Assembly (NCBI RefSeq): GCF_006345805.1
Contig: NC_043007.1
Location: 10,726,001-10,790,000 of the forward strand
DNA: 64,000 nucleotides
Reading direction: 5' to 3'
Source of the DNA: Octopus sinensis
Taxonomy: Eukaryota
The notes under the pieces: generated by a model
Databases searched by the model: none
What the model was told of the DNA's origin: nothing
Seen by the model: only the letters and a program-made list of their open reading frames with translations
Made by a program: the position numbers and the translations under genes
Shown here: piece after piece, positions 36,750-49,564 of the stretch
Position numbering within the stretch: the stretch's first letter is position 1
Layout: each line of letters begins with the position of its first letter

Positions 36750-38185
36750 GTTACATTCCTTGCAAATCCCAAACAATTTTAAGCACTCGATGATCCATGA
36801 ATATGGAACCATACCGTAAGCTTTGCGGTAGTTAATAAAAGCCATTCCCAAATTTGTCCTCCTTCGCTTACAATATTGCATTACCATTTTATTTATCAAA
36901 AATTGGTCATTGGTACCGCTGCATCTCCTCCTATAACCCTTTTGTTGTTACATCGGTAAGATATCATTATCATCGAAAAATTTGTACATTTCTTCTGCAA
37001 TCCCTCCGGACAATAACTTCCAGATTAATGGAAAGCAAGAAATTGGCCGGCAATTGCCGGCAGTATTTACTCTCAATACATCTTTGAAGCACAACATCGT
37101 TCGTCCTTACGTCTATCAACCCGGGATTTCTTCTTCTCCATCGATCAATGCATTAAATTGCTCTACGATCAATTTATGGCACCTTCTGATTTTTTTTATC
37201 CCCAATCCCTGTACACCATCAGGTCCTGCTGCCTTCCAATTGTTCATCATTTTTATCTTATTTCTGATACTACCTATTTCTTTATTACCCACAAGGGGTC
37301 TAAACACAGAGGGAACAAACAAGGACAGACATAGGTATTAAGTCGATTACATCGACCCCAGTTCGTAACTGGTACTTAATTTATCGACCCCGAAAGGATG
37401 AAAGGCAAAGTCGACCTCGGCGGAATTTGAACTCACACCGTAACGCAGACGAAATACCTATTTCTTTATTACCCACAAGGGGCTAAACATAGAGGGGACA
37501 AACAAGGACAGACATAGGTATTAAGTCGATTACATCGACCCCAGTTCGTAACTGGTACTTAATTTATCGACCCCGAAAGGATGAAAGGCAAAGTCGACCT
37601 CGGCGGAATTTGAACTCACAACGTAACGCAGACGAAATACCTATTTCTTTATTACCCACAAGGGGCTAAACATAGAGGGAACAAACAAGGACAGACATAG
37701 GTATTAAGTCGATTACATCGACCCCAGTTCGTAACTGGTACTTAATTTATCGACCCCGAAAGGATGAAAGGCAAAGTCGACCTCGGCGGAATTTGAACTC
37801 ATAACGTAACGCAGACGAAATACCGCTAAGCATTTCGCCCGGCGCGCTAACGTATCTGCCAGCTCGCCGCCTTATTTCTGATACTACCGTTGGTAAAATG
37901 GACAGCTCCTTGCTGGCCATAGGAAGCTGTTTGCTTCAGTCTACAGAGCCTATTGTGTTCTTGCTTACTCCGTATCTTACCCCAAAATTGACGACATTCA
38001 TCAGCATCAGTGATCTTTCGCATTCTACATCACCATTCTACATCTTTTTTGGTCGATTCTAAACAACTGGTTTTGCCGGTATTGTTTAATCCGTTCTTCA
38101 AATCTTGTTAGCTTTGCTTTCTTGGCATCTATGCGCTGCTTCAGTTCTTCAATTACAACATTCAGTCTTTTTTGTATCAATCATC
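36750..38185 (-). pseudogene. Dong/R4-like RT fragment interrupted by a SINE-B array
   Basis: NWKAAGPDGVQG and [21 protein letters not shown]. Confidence 0.7.
37262..37872 (-). mobile_element. SINE family B array, head plus three near-identical units
   Basis: Unit junctions at 37271, 37455 and 37638. Confidence 0.92.
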
Positions 38186-38257
38186 CATCCGGGCCAATAA
38201 AATAAGCACTACAGTCGATGAAACCCGTTTCACTGCTGGCCCGATATTACTGGCTTT

Positions 38258-39170
38258 AGGCGGCGAGCAGGCAGAACTGTTAGCACGCCAGGTGAAATGC
38301 TTAGCAGTATTTCGTCTGCCGTTACGTTCTGAGTTCAATTTCCACTGAGGTCGACTTTGCCTTTCATCCTTTCGGGATCGATAAATTAAGTACCAGTTAC
38401 GCATTGGGATCGTTGTAATCTACTTAATCTATTTGTCTGTCCTTGTTTATCCCCTCTATGTTTGGCCCCTTGTGGACAATAAAAAAATAAGTAATGTTAG
38501 CACACCAGGCGAGGTTGACTTTGCCTTTCATCCTTTCGGGGTCGATTAAATAAGTACCAGTTACGCACTGGGGTCGGCATAATCGACTTAATCCGTCTGT
38601 CTGTCCTTGTTTGTCTTCTCTGTGTTTAGCTCCTTGTGAGTATTAAAGAAATAGGTATTTTGTCTACCGCTACGTTCTGAGTTCAAATTCCGCCGAGGTC
38701 GACTTTGCCTTTCATCCTTTCGGGGTCGATAAATAAGGTACCAGTTACGCACTGGGGTCGATGTAATCGACTTAATCCCTTTGTCTGTCCTTGTTTGTCC
38801 TCTCTATGTTTGGCCCCTTGTGGGCAATAAAGAAATAAGAACTGTTAGCGCGCCTGGCGAAATGCTTAGCAGTATTTTCTCTGCCACTACGTTCTGAGTT
38901 CAAATTTCGCCGAGGTCGACTTTGCCTTTCATCCCTTCAGGATCGATTAAATAAGTACCAGTTACGCACTGGGGTCCATATAATCAACTTAATCCGTTTG
39001 TCTATCCTTGTTTGTCCCCTCTGTGTGTAACCCCTTGTGGGCAGTAAAGAAATAGGTATTTCATCTGCCACTACGTTCAAATCCCTTCGAGGTCGACTTT
39101 GCCTTTCATCCTTTCGGGGTCGATAAATTAAGTACCAGTAAACACTGGGGTTGATGTAATCGACTTATCT
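38258..39170 (+). mobile_element. SINE family B cluster, about five units
   Basis: Repeated GAGGTCGACTTTGCC...TAAGTACCAG blocks. Confidence 0.88.
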
Positions 39171-39210
39171 CCTCCCCACAAATTTCAGGCCTTGGCCTAT
39201 AGTAGAAAGG

Positions 39211-39269
<59 letters not shown>

Positions 39270-39273
<4 letters not shown>

Positions 39274-39539
39274 TAGTATATTTTTTATATCGTGCTTTCA
39301 CTTCACTACCGAGCGCAGCTCTGTGTGCCTTGGGTATGTGCTGTGATTTGTTGTGATGCTCTGATGGTTATTGTATGGAAAGTGTTCTGCGTAGGATGTG
39401 TGCAGTGCCTAGTAGTGCAATTTTCTGTATGTTATATGTGTTTGTAAGTCCTGGTGTTTTTCTTATGCATTTGTCTGAATATTTTTTTATCATGCCTAAT
39501 GCACCTACTATGATAGGAATTGTTTCTGTTTTTAGATTC

Positions 39540-39540
<1 letters not shown>
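39270..39540 (-). mobile_element. Dong/R4-like LINE 3' end in (TAA)n
   Basis: Near-identical to 58531-58800; IQKIALLGTAHILRRTLSIQ*. Confidence 0.9.
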
Positions 39541-39608
<68 letters not shown>

Positions 39609-39861
39609 CATCATCATCATCACATTTTACAACTGCTTCAAGTTTATGGAATATTGCAGTAATTCATAGAACCAAACTAACATGCCCATTATTACTCCCG
39701 CTAGAAAATTGCTCACCAAATCCGTTACTTCTTGAGACAGCCGCCATGCAGCCATGTTCCAGCAAGAGGCAATCACCAATCGTTCTATCGTCAGCATGGT
39801 CTCTGATCTCTTTATTATCGTTATTGTCTCCGTCATAAAAACCGCCGTCGCTGCATACGCG

Positions 39862-40168
39862 TTTCTATTCCTCTTTTACTTGTTTCAGTCACTTGATTGC
39901 GGCCATGCTGGAGCACCACCTTTAGTCGAGCAAATCGACCCCGGGACTTATTCTTTTTGTAAGCCCAGTACTTATTCTATCGGTCTCTTTTAGCCGAACC
40001 GCTAAGTGACGGGGACGTAAACACACCAGCATCGGTTGTCAAGCAACGCTAGGGGGACAAACACACACACACACACATACACACACATACACACACACAC
40101 ACACACAATATATATATATATATATATACATATATACGACAGGCTTCTTTCAGTTTCCGTCTACCAAA
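39862..40168 (-). mobile_element. SINE family A, cut by the assembly gap
   Basis: Tail and body present; runs into Ns. Confidence 0.88.
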
Positions 40169-40268
40169 NNNNNNNNNNNNNNNNNNNNNNNNNNNNNNNN
40201 NNNNNNNNNNNNNNNNNNNNNNNNNNNNNNNNNNNNNNNNNNNNNNNNNNNNNNNNNNNNNNNNNNNN
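40169..40268. other. Assembly gap (100 N)
   Basis: Directly visible. Confidence 1.
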
Positions 40269-41335
40269 GCGTAACTAGTATTTAATTTATCGACCCCGAA
40301 AGGATGAAAGGCAAAGTCGACCTCGGCGGAATTTGAACTCACAACGAAATACGGCTACGCATTTCGCCCGGCGTGCTAACGATTCTACCCGCAGGCATGG
40401 GTGTGTGGTAAGAAGCTTGTTTCCCAACCACATGGATTCAGGATCGGTCCCGTTGCGTGGCACTTTGGGTGAGTGACTTCTACTATAACCTCGAGCCGAC
40501 CAAAGCTTTGTGAGTGGATTTCGTAGAGGGAAACTGAAACGTTAGCACGCCGGGCGGAATGCTTAGCAGCATTTCGTCTGTCTTTACGTTCTGAGTTCAA
40601 ATTCCGCCGAGGTCGACTTGGCCATTGATCCTTTCGGGGTCGATTAAATAAGTACCAGTTACGCACTGAGATCGATATAATCGACTTAAACCGTTTGTCT
40701 GTCCTCGTTTGTCCCCTCTGTGTGTGACCGCTTGTGGGTAGTAAAAAAATAAGAAACGTTAGCACGCCCAGCGAAATGCTTAGCGGCATTTCGTCTGTCT
40801 TTACGTTCTGAGTTCAAATTCCGCCGAGGTTGACTTTGCCTTTCATCCTTTCGGGGTCGATAAATTAAGTACCAGTTGCGTACTGGGGTCGATCTAATCG
40901 ATGGCTCCCTCCCCCAAAATTTCGGGCCTTGTGCATAGAGTAACAAAATATATTTATTAGAGAAGGCGGCGAGCTGGTAAAAACATTAGCCCGCCGGGCG
41001 AAATGCTTAGCAGTATTTCGTCTGTCGCTGCGTTCTGAGTTCAAATTTCGCCGTGGTCGACTTTGCCTTTCATCCTCTCGGGGTCGATAAATTAAGTACC
41101 AGTTACGCACTGGGGTCGATATAATCGACTTAATCCCTTTGTCTGTCCTTGTTTGTCCCCTCTGTGTTTAGCCCCTTGTGGGTAGTAAAGAAATAGGTAT
41201 TTCGTCCGACTTTATGTTCCGAGTTCAAATTATGCCAAGGCTGGCTTTGCATTGCATCCTTTCGGGGTCATTAAAATAAGTATAATTAGAGCATTGTAGT
41301 CGATGTAATCGACTTACTTCTCCCCCCACCGAAAT
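40269..41335. mobile_element. Cluster of SINE-B copies (mostly plus strand) with a SINE-A head
   Basis: Recurrent family B blocks; family A head at ~40390-40540. Confidence 0.85.
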
Positions 41336-41689
41336 TGCTGGCCTCGTACTGAAATTTGAAACCTATATTTTGTAAAAAAAAAAACTATTGTAGGAGTGGC
41401 TGTGTGGTAAGTAGCCTGCTTACCAATCACATGGTTCCGGGTTCAGTGCCACTGCGAGCACCTTGGGCAATGTCTCGAGCCGACCAAGGTCTTGTGAGTG
41501 GATTTGGTAGACGGAAACCGAAAGAAGACATTGGTATATATATATATATATAAATAGGTGAATGAATTATCCTATGTTTATCGTCAGCATAGAAAATTCG
41601 TTGAACCGAAACCAGGGTAGCAAATTCACGTCAGAAACACGGTTGAAGCGACCTGTCCAAGGGTAGAAATTTGTGTGTTGTATATGAAT

Positions 41690-41938
41690 AAATGAAAGAA
41701 TGGAGTCGAACGAAGATGTTAACAAAATTTCTTTACTCTCGACATATGTTTCGAAGACAACATGGTTTCATTCCAAAGGAATAAAGGGTGCATATGCAAT
41801 CTTCTCATCAGGAGAGAAAGGGAGCCTCTCTCGACAACAAGACAAACGAAAATTTCGAATGAAACCATGTTGTCTTCGAAACATATGTCGAGAGTAAGGA
41901 ATTTTGTAACATCTTCGTTCGACTCCATTGTTTCATTT
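41690..41938. mobile_element. Palindromic non-coding hammerhead-bearing element next to (TA)n
   Basis: ~85-bp inverted arms; second family member at 62585-62790. Confidence 0.8.
41731..41820 (-). ncRNA. Type I hammerhead ribozyme
   Basis: CTTTCTCTC-CTGATGA-GAAGA...TCTTC-GAAA-CATATG-TC-GAGAG(T)AAAG. Confidence 0.88.
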
Positions 41939-41947
41939 ATATATATA

Positions 41948-42027
<80 letters not shown>

Positions 42028-42129
42028 TCTACTACTAATATAGGATTGAAGTTTTTTTTCTCTACAGAAAAAAATTCCATCAAGAAATGTGGCAGCATAT
42101 TAAAATACCTTTACGGTTAAAATTATAAA

Positions 42130-42661
42130 CAACTTATAAGTAAGGGCTAAAGAAAATTATTTCAAAGCCAATATGCTGATAACAGATTATTAAATCGTCA
42201 ATTTCGGAAAGGATATAAATAAGATACTTACATGCGCCCATGGAAAAAGCCGAAGCAAAAAACATGAGTACATTCAAGTACCCCAGTTATATCTAAAAAT
42301 AAACAGTCAACACGTTGTACTGAGGCTGACCAAAGAATTTTTATTTTTAGATATAACTGGGGTACTTGAATGTACTCAGGTGTTTTGCTTCGGCTTTTCC
42401 ATGGGCGCATGTAAATATCTCATTTATATCCTTTCGTAAGCTCTACTCCGGGAGGAATAAGTCTTTTATGTGATTAATTCCGAAATTGATTCAATATAGA
42501 GATAACGAATTTTTTAGAAATTCTAACGGCCAGCTTGCCCGACTTCAGTTCTTCGGTTTTTGCTGTAGCGAGTAAATTATTTGTGGTAATTGACGATTTA
42601 ATAGTCTGTTATCAGCATATTGGGTTTGAAATAATTTTCTTTAGCCCTTACTTATAAGTTG
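42130..42661. mobile_element. Foldback-type MITE with a nested hairpin
   Basis: Outer ~75-bp TIRs (CAACTTATAAGTAAGGGC...); inner ~100-bp arms 42204-42303 and 42339-42436. Confidence 0.75.
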
Positions 42662-42689
42662 TATATATATATATGATTTTGATTTTTGA

Positions 42690-42786
42690 TTTTTCCAGTT
42701 TCAGCTCATGAGCTGTGGCCATGCTGGGGCACCGCCATTTGGTTTGCTACATGATTTTACCTCACGAATGCTTTTTAGCAACTGCC

Positions 42787-42788
<2 letters not shown>
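42690..42788 (-). mobile_element. LINE family B, extreme 3' tail only
   Basis: Reverse complement matches 13975-14070. Confidence 0.85.
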
Positions 42789-42856
<68 letters not shown>

Positions 42857-42890
42857 GTATACATACACACAGACATATATACATATACAT

Positions 42891-42927
<37 letters not shown>

Positions 42928-43149
42928 CATACACACACACACACCACACACATATATATATATTGTGTATGATGAATTTTTCATACATTTGTGTATAGTG
43001 GTGGTGGTGGTGGTGGTGGTAGATGTTGTTCTGTTTGGGTCAGGTTAACATTGACCAGTGTGACCTAAGATCAAAAGCAAACCGGTCACGACCATCTCGG
43101 TCTTTTTTTTATATCATGAATTCTATTAACCAGTGCGTCCTTCATTTAA

Positions 43150-43228
<79 letters not shown>

Positions 43229-43330
43229 TAATAATAATAATAATAATAATAATAAATTAAAATAATAATAATAATATAATAATAATAATAGTAATAATAA
43301 TAATAATAGTAATAATAATAATAATAATAA

Positions 43331-43956
43331 AAGACGTAAATGGACACGTGAGGAATACATTTCTATCTTACACGCATACTTCACAGCAATGCTCTACCCA
43401 AAAAATGAAAATACAACAACACATACATATAAAATATGGAAGGAAAATAATAGAGATATAGACTTGGATACAGCAATGAACCCTAATAAATTAGCTAACG
43501 TACGAAGATACATTCTCAAGACAAAAAAAATATCAGAAATAGAAATAGAACATCTAAAAGAAAACATACACCAGGAAAATGTAGATAGAAGCCACACAAC
43601 AATGCCCAATAATATAAACACTGAAACTGTAAAACACGAAGACAAACGCAACACTCCCAACAAACACGATGTAAACAACGAAGGGGAGCCTAATGATTAT
43701 GACAATATAAAAAATAAAATAATCAAAGAACTAGGCATGATAAAAAAATATTCAGACAAATACATAACAAAAACACCAGGACTTGCAAACACATATAACA
43801 TACAGAAAATTGCACTACTAGGCACTGCACACATCCTACGCAGAACACTTTCCATACAATAACCATCAGAGCATCACAACAAATCACAGCACATACCCAA
43901 GGCACACAGAGCTGCGCTCGGTAGTGAATTGAAAGCACGCTATAAAAATAAAACTA

Positions 43957-43960
<4 letters not shown>
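43331..43960 (+). mobile_element. Dong/R4-like internal-deletion derivative in (TAA)n
   Basis: RRKWTREEYIS...IWKENN...NKLANVRRYI N-terminal-type sequence fused in frame to the C-terminal GMIKKYSDK...RRTLSIQ*. Confidence 0.8.
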
Positions 43961-44017
<57 letters not shown>

Positions 44018-44019
<2 letters not shown>

Positions 44020-44430
44020 TGTGTACAGTGCTCAGGTGCACTACAACTCATCTAAAGTGTATGTATAGTACATAGGGTAATGTACAAGCGTCAGGAAAAG
44101 AACAGTGCATGAGTCATGACATACACATATGTGTATGAGTATGGAAGGGGGATGATCAGGTGTAGTTTCGGCGGATTTCGGAAAGCATGAGGGCCTTAAA
44201 GGATGCAGTGTCATGGCAGTCGACAACTGACGCAGGCAGTTTGTTCTATGCTTCAGCAACTCTGAGCGTGAAAAAAATGTTTCCGAAAGTCACGGTAGCT
44301 GTTTAAGACGGTGGACATTGATATAAGAGATATTTAATTGCTATTTCCAGCATTCAAACGACCGGAAGCGGCTAACTTGTTGACTTTCTTGTTTGGTCGT
44401 TGTGATGATCCGGTGATGGGGCCGTTATTT
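44018..44430 (-). mobile_element. CR1-group LINE family D, 3' end with (ATT)n tail
   Basis: HDFRKHFFTLRVAEA-type motif; tail shared with 57650-57680. Confidence 0.75.
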
Positions 44431-44621
44431 TTGTTGGTGGTATTTCCGATGGTGGTGGTGGTGGTGGTGGTATTGCTCATAGCAATGGTGTTAGCGGACG
44501 AAGTGCTGCTGCTGATAATGATACTGGTAGTAGTGATATCAGTATTGCTGGGGAAAATGTAGTAGTAGTAGTAGTAGTATTTGTGGTGGTGGTGGTGGTG
44601 GTGGTGGTAGTAGTAGTAGTG

Positions 44622-44656
<35 letters not shown>

Positions 44657-44681
44657 GGTGGTGGTGGTAGTAGTAGTAGTG

Positions 44682-44713
<32 letters not shown>

Positions 44714-44858
44714 GACAACGACGATACTGATGATGATAGTGATGGTGATGGTGATGGTGATAGCGGTGGTGGTGATGACGGGTGGTGCTGGTGGTTACAG
44801 TAGTTGTCATGGTTGTTTGTTATGCTTACGAAGGTACCTACATGGTGACAGCAGCAGC

Positions 44859-44904
<46 letters not shown>

Positions 44905-45309
44905 ACTATAGCTGATATTTTGTGTGTGTGTGTGTGTGTGTTTGTGTATAAAACACCCCTTGCGGTCATTTGGTCATTGAAATATAGGAAAATATTCCAA
45001 ATATCTCGAATAACAGCTTGACCACCACTTCACACAACTAAATACGTGCGAAATAAATAAAATTGTTAAATGGTACTTAAATGATAATACTATAGAATTA
45101 TTTGGACAATAGTATTGTCCGTCCGTTTGATGGTCACTTTTGATTTACTTGCCTCTTTAGCCAACGCCCTCGATATTTCTCAACAATATACTTTCATTTT
45201 CTTTTTTCCGGTTTGGTTATTTTAGTTTGTTTTTCTTTTAGTTATTTTATTTTTATTTTCATTTTGAACTCCGAGCCAGAAGGTCATGAAGGTAAAAAAA
45301 AAAAAAATA

Positions 45310-45517
45310 CTCTTTTACTTTTTTCAGTCATTTGACAGCGGCCATGCTGGAGCACCGCTTTTTAGTCCAGCAAATCGACCTCAGGACTTATTCTTTGTAA
45401 GTCTAGCACTTATTCTATTGGTCGCTTTTTGCCGAACCGCTAGGTAACGGGGACATAAACGCACCAGCATCGGTTGTCGAGCGATGTTGGGGAACAAACA
45501 CAGACACGCAAACATAT

Positions 45518-45585
<68 letters not shown>

Positions 45586-45748
45586 GACGGGCTTCTTTCA
45601 GTTTCCGTCAACCAAATCCACTCATAAAGCTTTGGTCGGCTCGAGGCTATAGTAGAAGACACTTGCCCAAGGTGACACGCAGTGGGACTGAATCCAGAAC
45701 CATGTGGTTGGTAAGCAAGCCACTTACCACACACCACTCCTGCGCCTA
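45310..45748 (-). mobile_element. SINE family A, full length
   Basis: Colinear with other copies. Confidence 0.9.
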
Positions 45749-45799
45749 TGGTAAATAAAATAAATAAATTATAGGAAATAATAATAAGGAAAAGAAAAA

Positions 45800-48700
45800 G
45801 ATGAAACAACTAAAACCGAAGCCCAAAACCCCCAAACAAGAAACAGAAAACAACTCAAATATGGAGGTTCTAATGGAATCTGAAACCCTCGAAGAGAGAA
45901 AAAATTTTACCTGCAAGACAAATGTTAGCATGGGGAAGATGGTACAAATTACCGGTTTGTTCACCCGAAACCCCACTAAAACTGCAGGGGCCTTAAGGGG
46001 AAATATTTCCCCGAGGAAAGGCACCAATCGCCTCCCAAGAGAAAGTATACAAATGTAATGCACTCTTGAGATGTTATGCGCAAGGCAGCAGCTGAGCAAG
46101 AGTCTTTATTGTGCATGGCGCAAAAGATTGTGCAGCTGCTGACCTGGCTACACCAAGCGCAAACACGGAACATTTCCCACCACTGCACAAGACCAACACA
46201 ATCAATAGACACGGAATGGCCTCCCCTAACGCTGCACAGTCGTCACGCCATTATTTTTTACTAAATATTGGAAGCCTGATGCATCACAACAAAAGCAAAA
46301 TATTTTTCCTGAGAGACCTTATTGCATGCAATCAAGACGTATGCTTAGCACTCGTGAAAACTCATCTGAGCTCTGATACAGAAAATGCAGAAGTACACGT
46401 TACAAAATATTACCATCCTGCGAACAGGCAGAAGGGAAAGGAGCCATGGTGGAGTTGCTGTATACATCCGTGAGGACCTCACACCCCAGGTCCTACTGTC
46501 ATACTCAAATTCGGCATGTGACACTCTAACTGTATACATAAGACAATACAATATAGTCATATGCAATATATATCGCCCACCGGATGCTCCAAACCACATA
46601 GGCAAGTTTGAAGATTATCTCACAAGAATAAAAGAAAGCCCCATGAAACTGGAACATCACGTGAGCATATTTCTTATGGGTGATTTCAACTTCCCCAATG
46701 TCAAATGATATGAAACAAATTTCGGTATAGCTGGAAAACTTGGAGACTGGTTACCTGACTTCCTGAGAGACAGAAGTCAGGCAGTAGAAGCCAATGGCGC
46801 CACCTCTAAGAAAACACAAGTAGTGAGTGGTGTTCCACTGGACACTCTCTTGTGACCACTGCTTTCCGTAGTGGCCCTCTCAGATATTCCCTCAGCTGCC
46901 CAGGAATGGCTCATTGCAAGTCCCTGCTCAACCTCACTAATGCTCAGACCAACTAGGGCGAATAATATTTTGGATTTCTGCTTCACAAACAACATGAACA
47001 TCGTTCATGATGTAAAAGTGACGCCGACATTAGTTTCGGATCGCAGCATAATAGAGTTGTCTATGTCTGGACCAAAAGTAGCCAGAGACATACAGCCTAA
47101 ATGAAGCACCCAAAATCTCTCCAATCTGAACTTCTACAAAGTAGACTGGAAATTGACCCAAAAAGAGACCTTCAGACAGGACTGGCCAAAATGTCTCTCC
47201 ACACCAGACATTGGCATGAAACTAGAATAATTCATATCTGTTATGCAAACCATATACCAGGAAAATTACCTAGAGCACAAGGCAAACACAAAAAGGAACA
47301 AGATTCCAAGGGAGAGGAAGATCCTCATGAGACGACGGACGAAGGTTGCAAATCGCTTCAACCAACATTCCAAAAGTAGTGAAAGGTCCCGCCTAAAAAC
47401 AACACTAATGGTGATTGAAAAAAGTCTGCAACAATCCTATGTGAGGGAAAGAGCAGACAAAGAAGCCTGAGTTATAAAAAAACATTAAGTCAAACCCAAA
47501 AGCTTTCTTTCGTTATGCCAAAGAAACAGCCTCTGTACGCTGCAAAATAGGACCCCTCTTCCAAAAGGATGGCTCTCTCACAGACAGCCCAACCAGGATC
47601 ACTGAGGTACTGAATTACCAGTTCAAAAGTGCCTTTACCACCTCGCTCGAACAAACACAGACATGTGAACGAACCGGTGGATTTTTTTGCCTCCTCACCT
47701 ATAACAAGCGATGCAGTTACGATGGATTGCATCGACATGAGTGAAGAAGATATACTCCTAGCCATAGATGAGATGGACAAAAACTCAACTGCTGGTCCTG
47801 ATAGTATCACAGCAATCCTCCTCAAATTATGTAATCATGCCCTGGCAAAGCTACTGCAGATTTTCTTCCAGAGCTTTCTTGCAAATGGCAGGCTACCAAG
47901 CAAACTGAAAGAGGAAATGATATGCTCAATCCATAGAGGAGAAAGATGCCAAAAATTATAAGCCTATCTCTCTAACTTCACACATCAGCAAAATCATGGA
48001 ACGAATAGTCAGAGGAAAACTAATTGCATTCCATGCAGAAAACGACTTGCTGAGTGATACCCACCATGGCTTTCGACCAGGTAGGCGCTGCCTGACCCAG
48101 CTCTTACAGCACTAAGACTGGGTATTGAGGCAGTTACTCATCAACTCAAATGTGGACGTGATATGCCTTGACTTTGCAAGAGATTTTGATAAAGTGGATC
48201 ATGATATGATATGAAACAAATTTCGGCATAGCTGGAAAACTTGGAGACTGGTTACCTGACTTCCTGAAAGATAGAAGTCAGGCAGTAGAGGCCAATGGCG
48301 CCACCTCTAAGAAAACACAAACAGTGAGTGGTGTTCCACGGGGCACTCTCTTGTGACCACTGCTTTCTGTAGTGGCCATCACAGATATGCCCTCAGCTTC
48401 CCAGATAGCCATCCTTGCTAGCTACGCAGACGATATGAAAGTCTCGAAGAAAATACAGAAACCCAGCGATGTTACACGTCTGCAGTTGGAGTTGGACTCA
48501 ATTTACAGACAGGCTGAGGACAATAATATGCAGTTTAATGCTGGAAAATTCCAAACCCTGCGCTACCAGCGTCCAAACCTGAATATAAAACTTACAGGGT
48601 ACACTGGCCACAGGGGATTACAATCCCAGATCTTACATCCGTGCGGAACCTGGGTATCGACATGAATGATAAAACCACTTTCCAAGTACACATTACCAGG

Positions 48701-49400
48701 ATGGCGACAAAGTGCAGACGACTGGCTGGCTGGATCCTAAGAATGTTCAGAACCAGAGAGAAAGAAACTATGATGGTCCTCTGGCGGACATTCGTCCTCA
48801 GCCACCTGGATTACTGCTCCCAGCTATGGTCACCCCACAGTGTAAAATTAACAGCAGACCTTAAAGCAATCCAGCAATGCTTCACAAAGAAGATCGTCTC
48901 ATTGCAATAGCTCAGCTACTGGGATAGGCTGAAACAGCTAAGACTCTACTCCCTGGAGCAAAGGCTGGAGAGATATGCAGTAATATACATCTGGAAGATC
49001 CTGGATGGGATTGTGCCAAATTTTGGCATTAAAAGCTACACCAATGCCAGAACGAGTCGCCACTGCACAGTGCCAAAGATCCCAGCAATGCCATCGCGCT
49101 TCAAGACCAGTTACTGCAACAGCCTGGGTTTCAGGAGCCCACAGCTTTTTAATATTCACCCAGAGTTTGAGGGACCTACACAAAGTGGATGTAGGTGTTT
49201 TCAAATCAAAACTAGATCTTTTCCTGTCGAGAGTTCCAGACGAACCTACCATGCAACAGGAGGTGCAAATGAGGGTAGCAATATCAAATTCCTTTATTCA
49301 CCAAATGTCACATATCAAAAGAGGCTCTTAATAATAACAGTGTAGCAAAACGACGGTGCCCTAGCATACCCACAGCTTTGAGATGAAACTGATAGAAAAA
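45800..49400 (+). mobile_element. LINE family B, near full length, decayed (ORF1 remnant, APE, RT, 3' tail)
   Basis: RSHGGVAVYI, GDFNFP, PTRANNILD, HGFRPGR, YADDMK, LSHLDYCSQLWSP; many stops and frameshifts. Confidence 0.9.
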
Positions 49401-49406
49401 GAAGAT

Positions 49407-49470
<64 letters not shown>

Positions 49471-49484
49471 TATATATATTATAT

Positions 49485-49564
<80 letters not shown>

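Noticed and set aside
40140-40300. Apparent SINE-A/SINE-B fusion
   Set aside because: The two are separated by the 100-N gap, so adjacency is not established.
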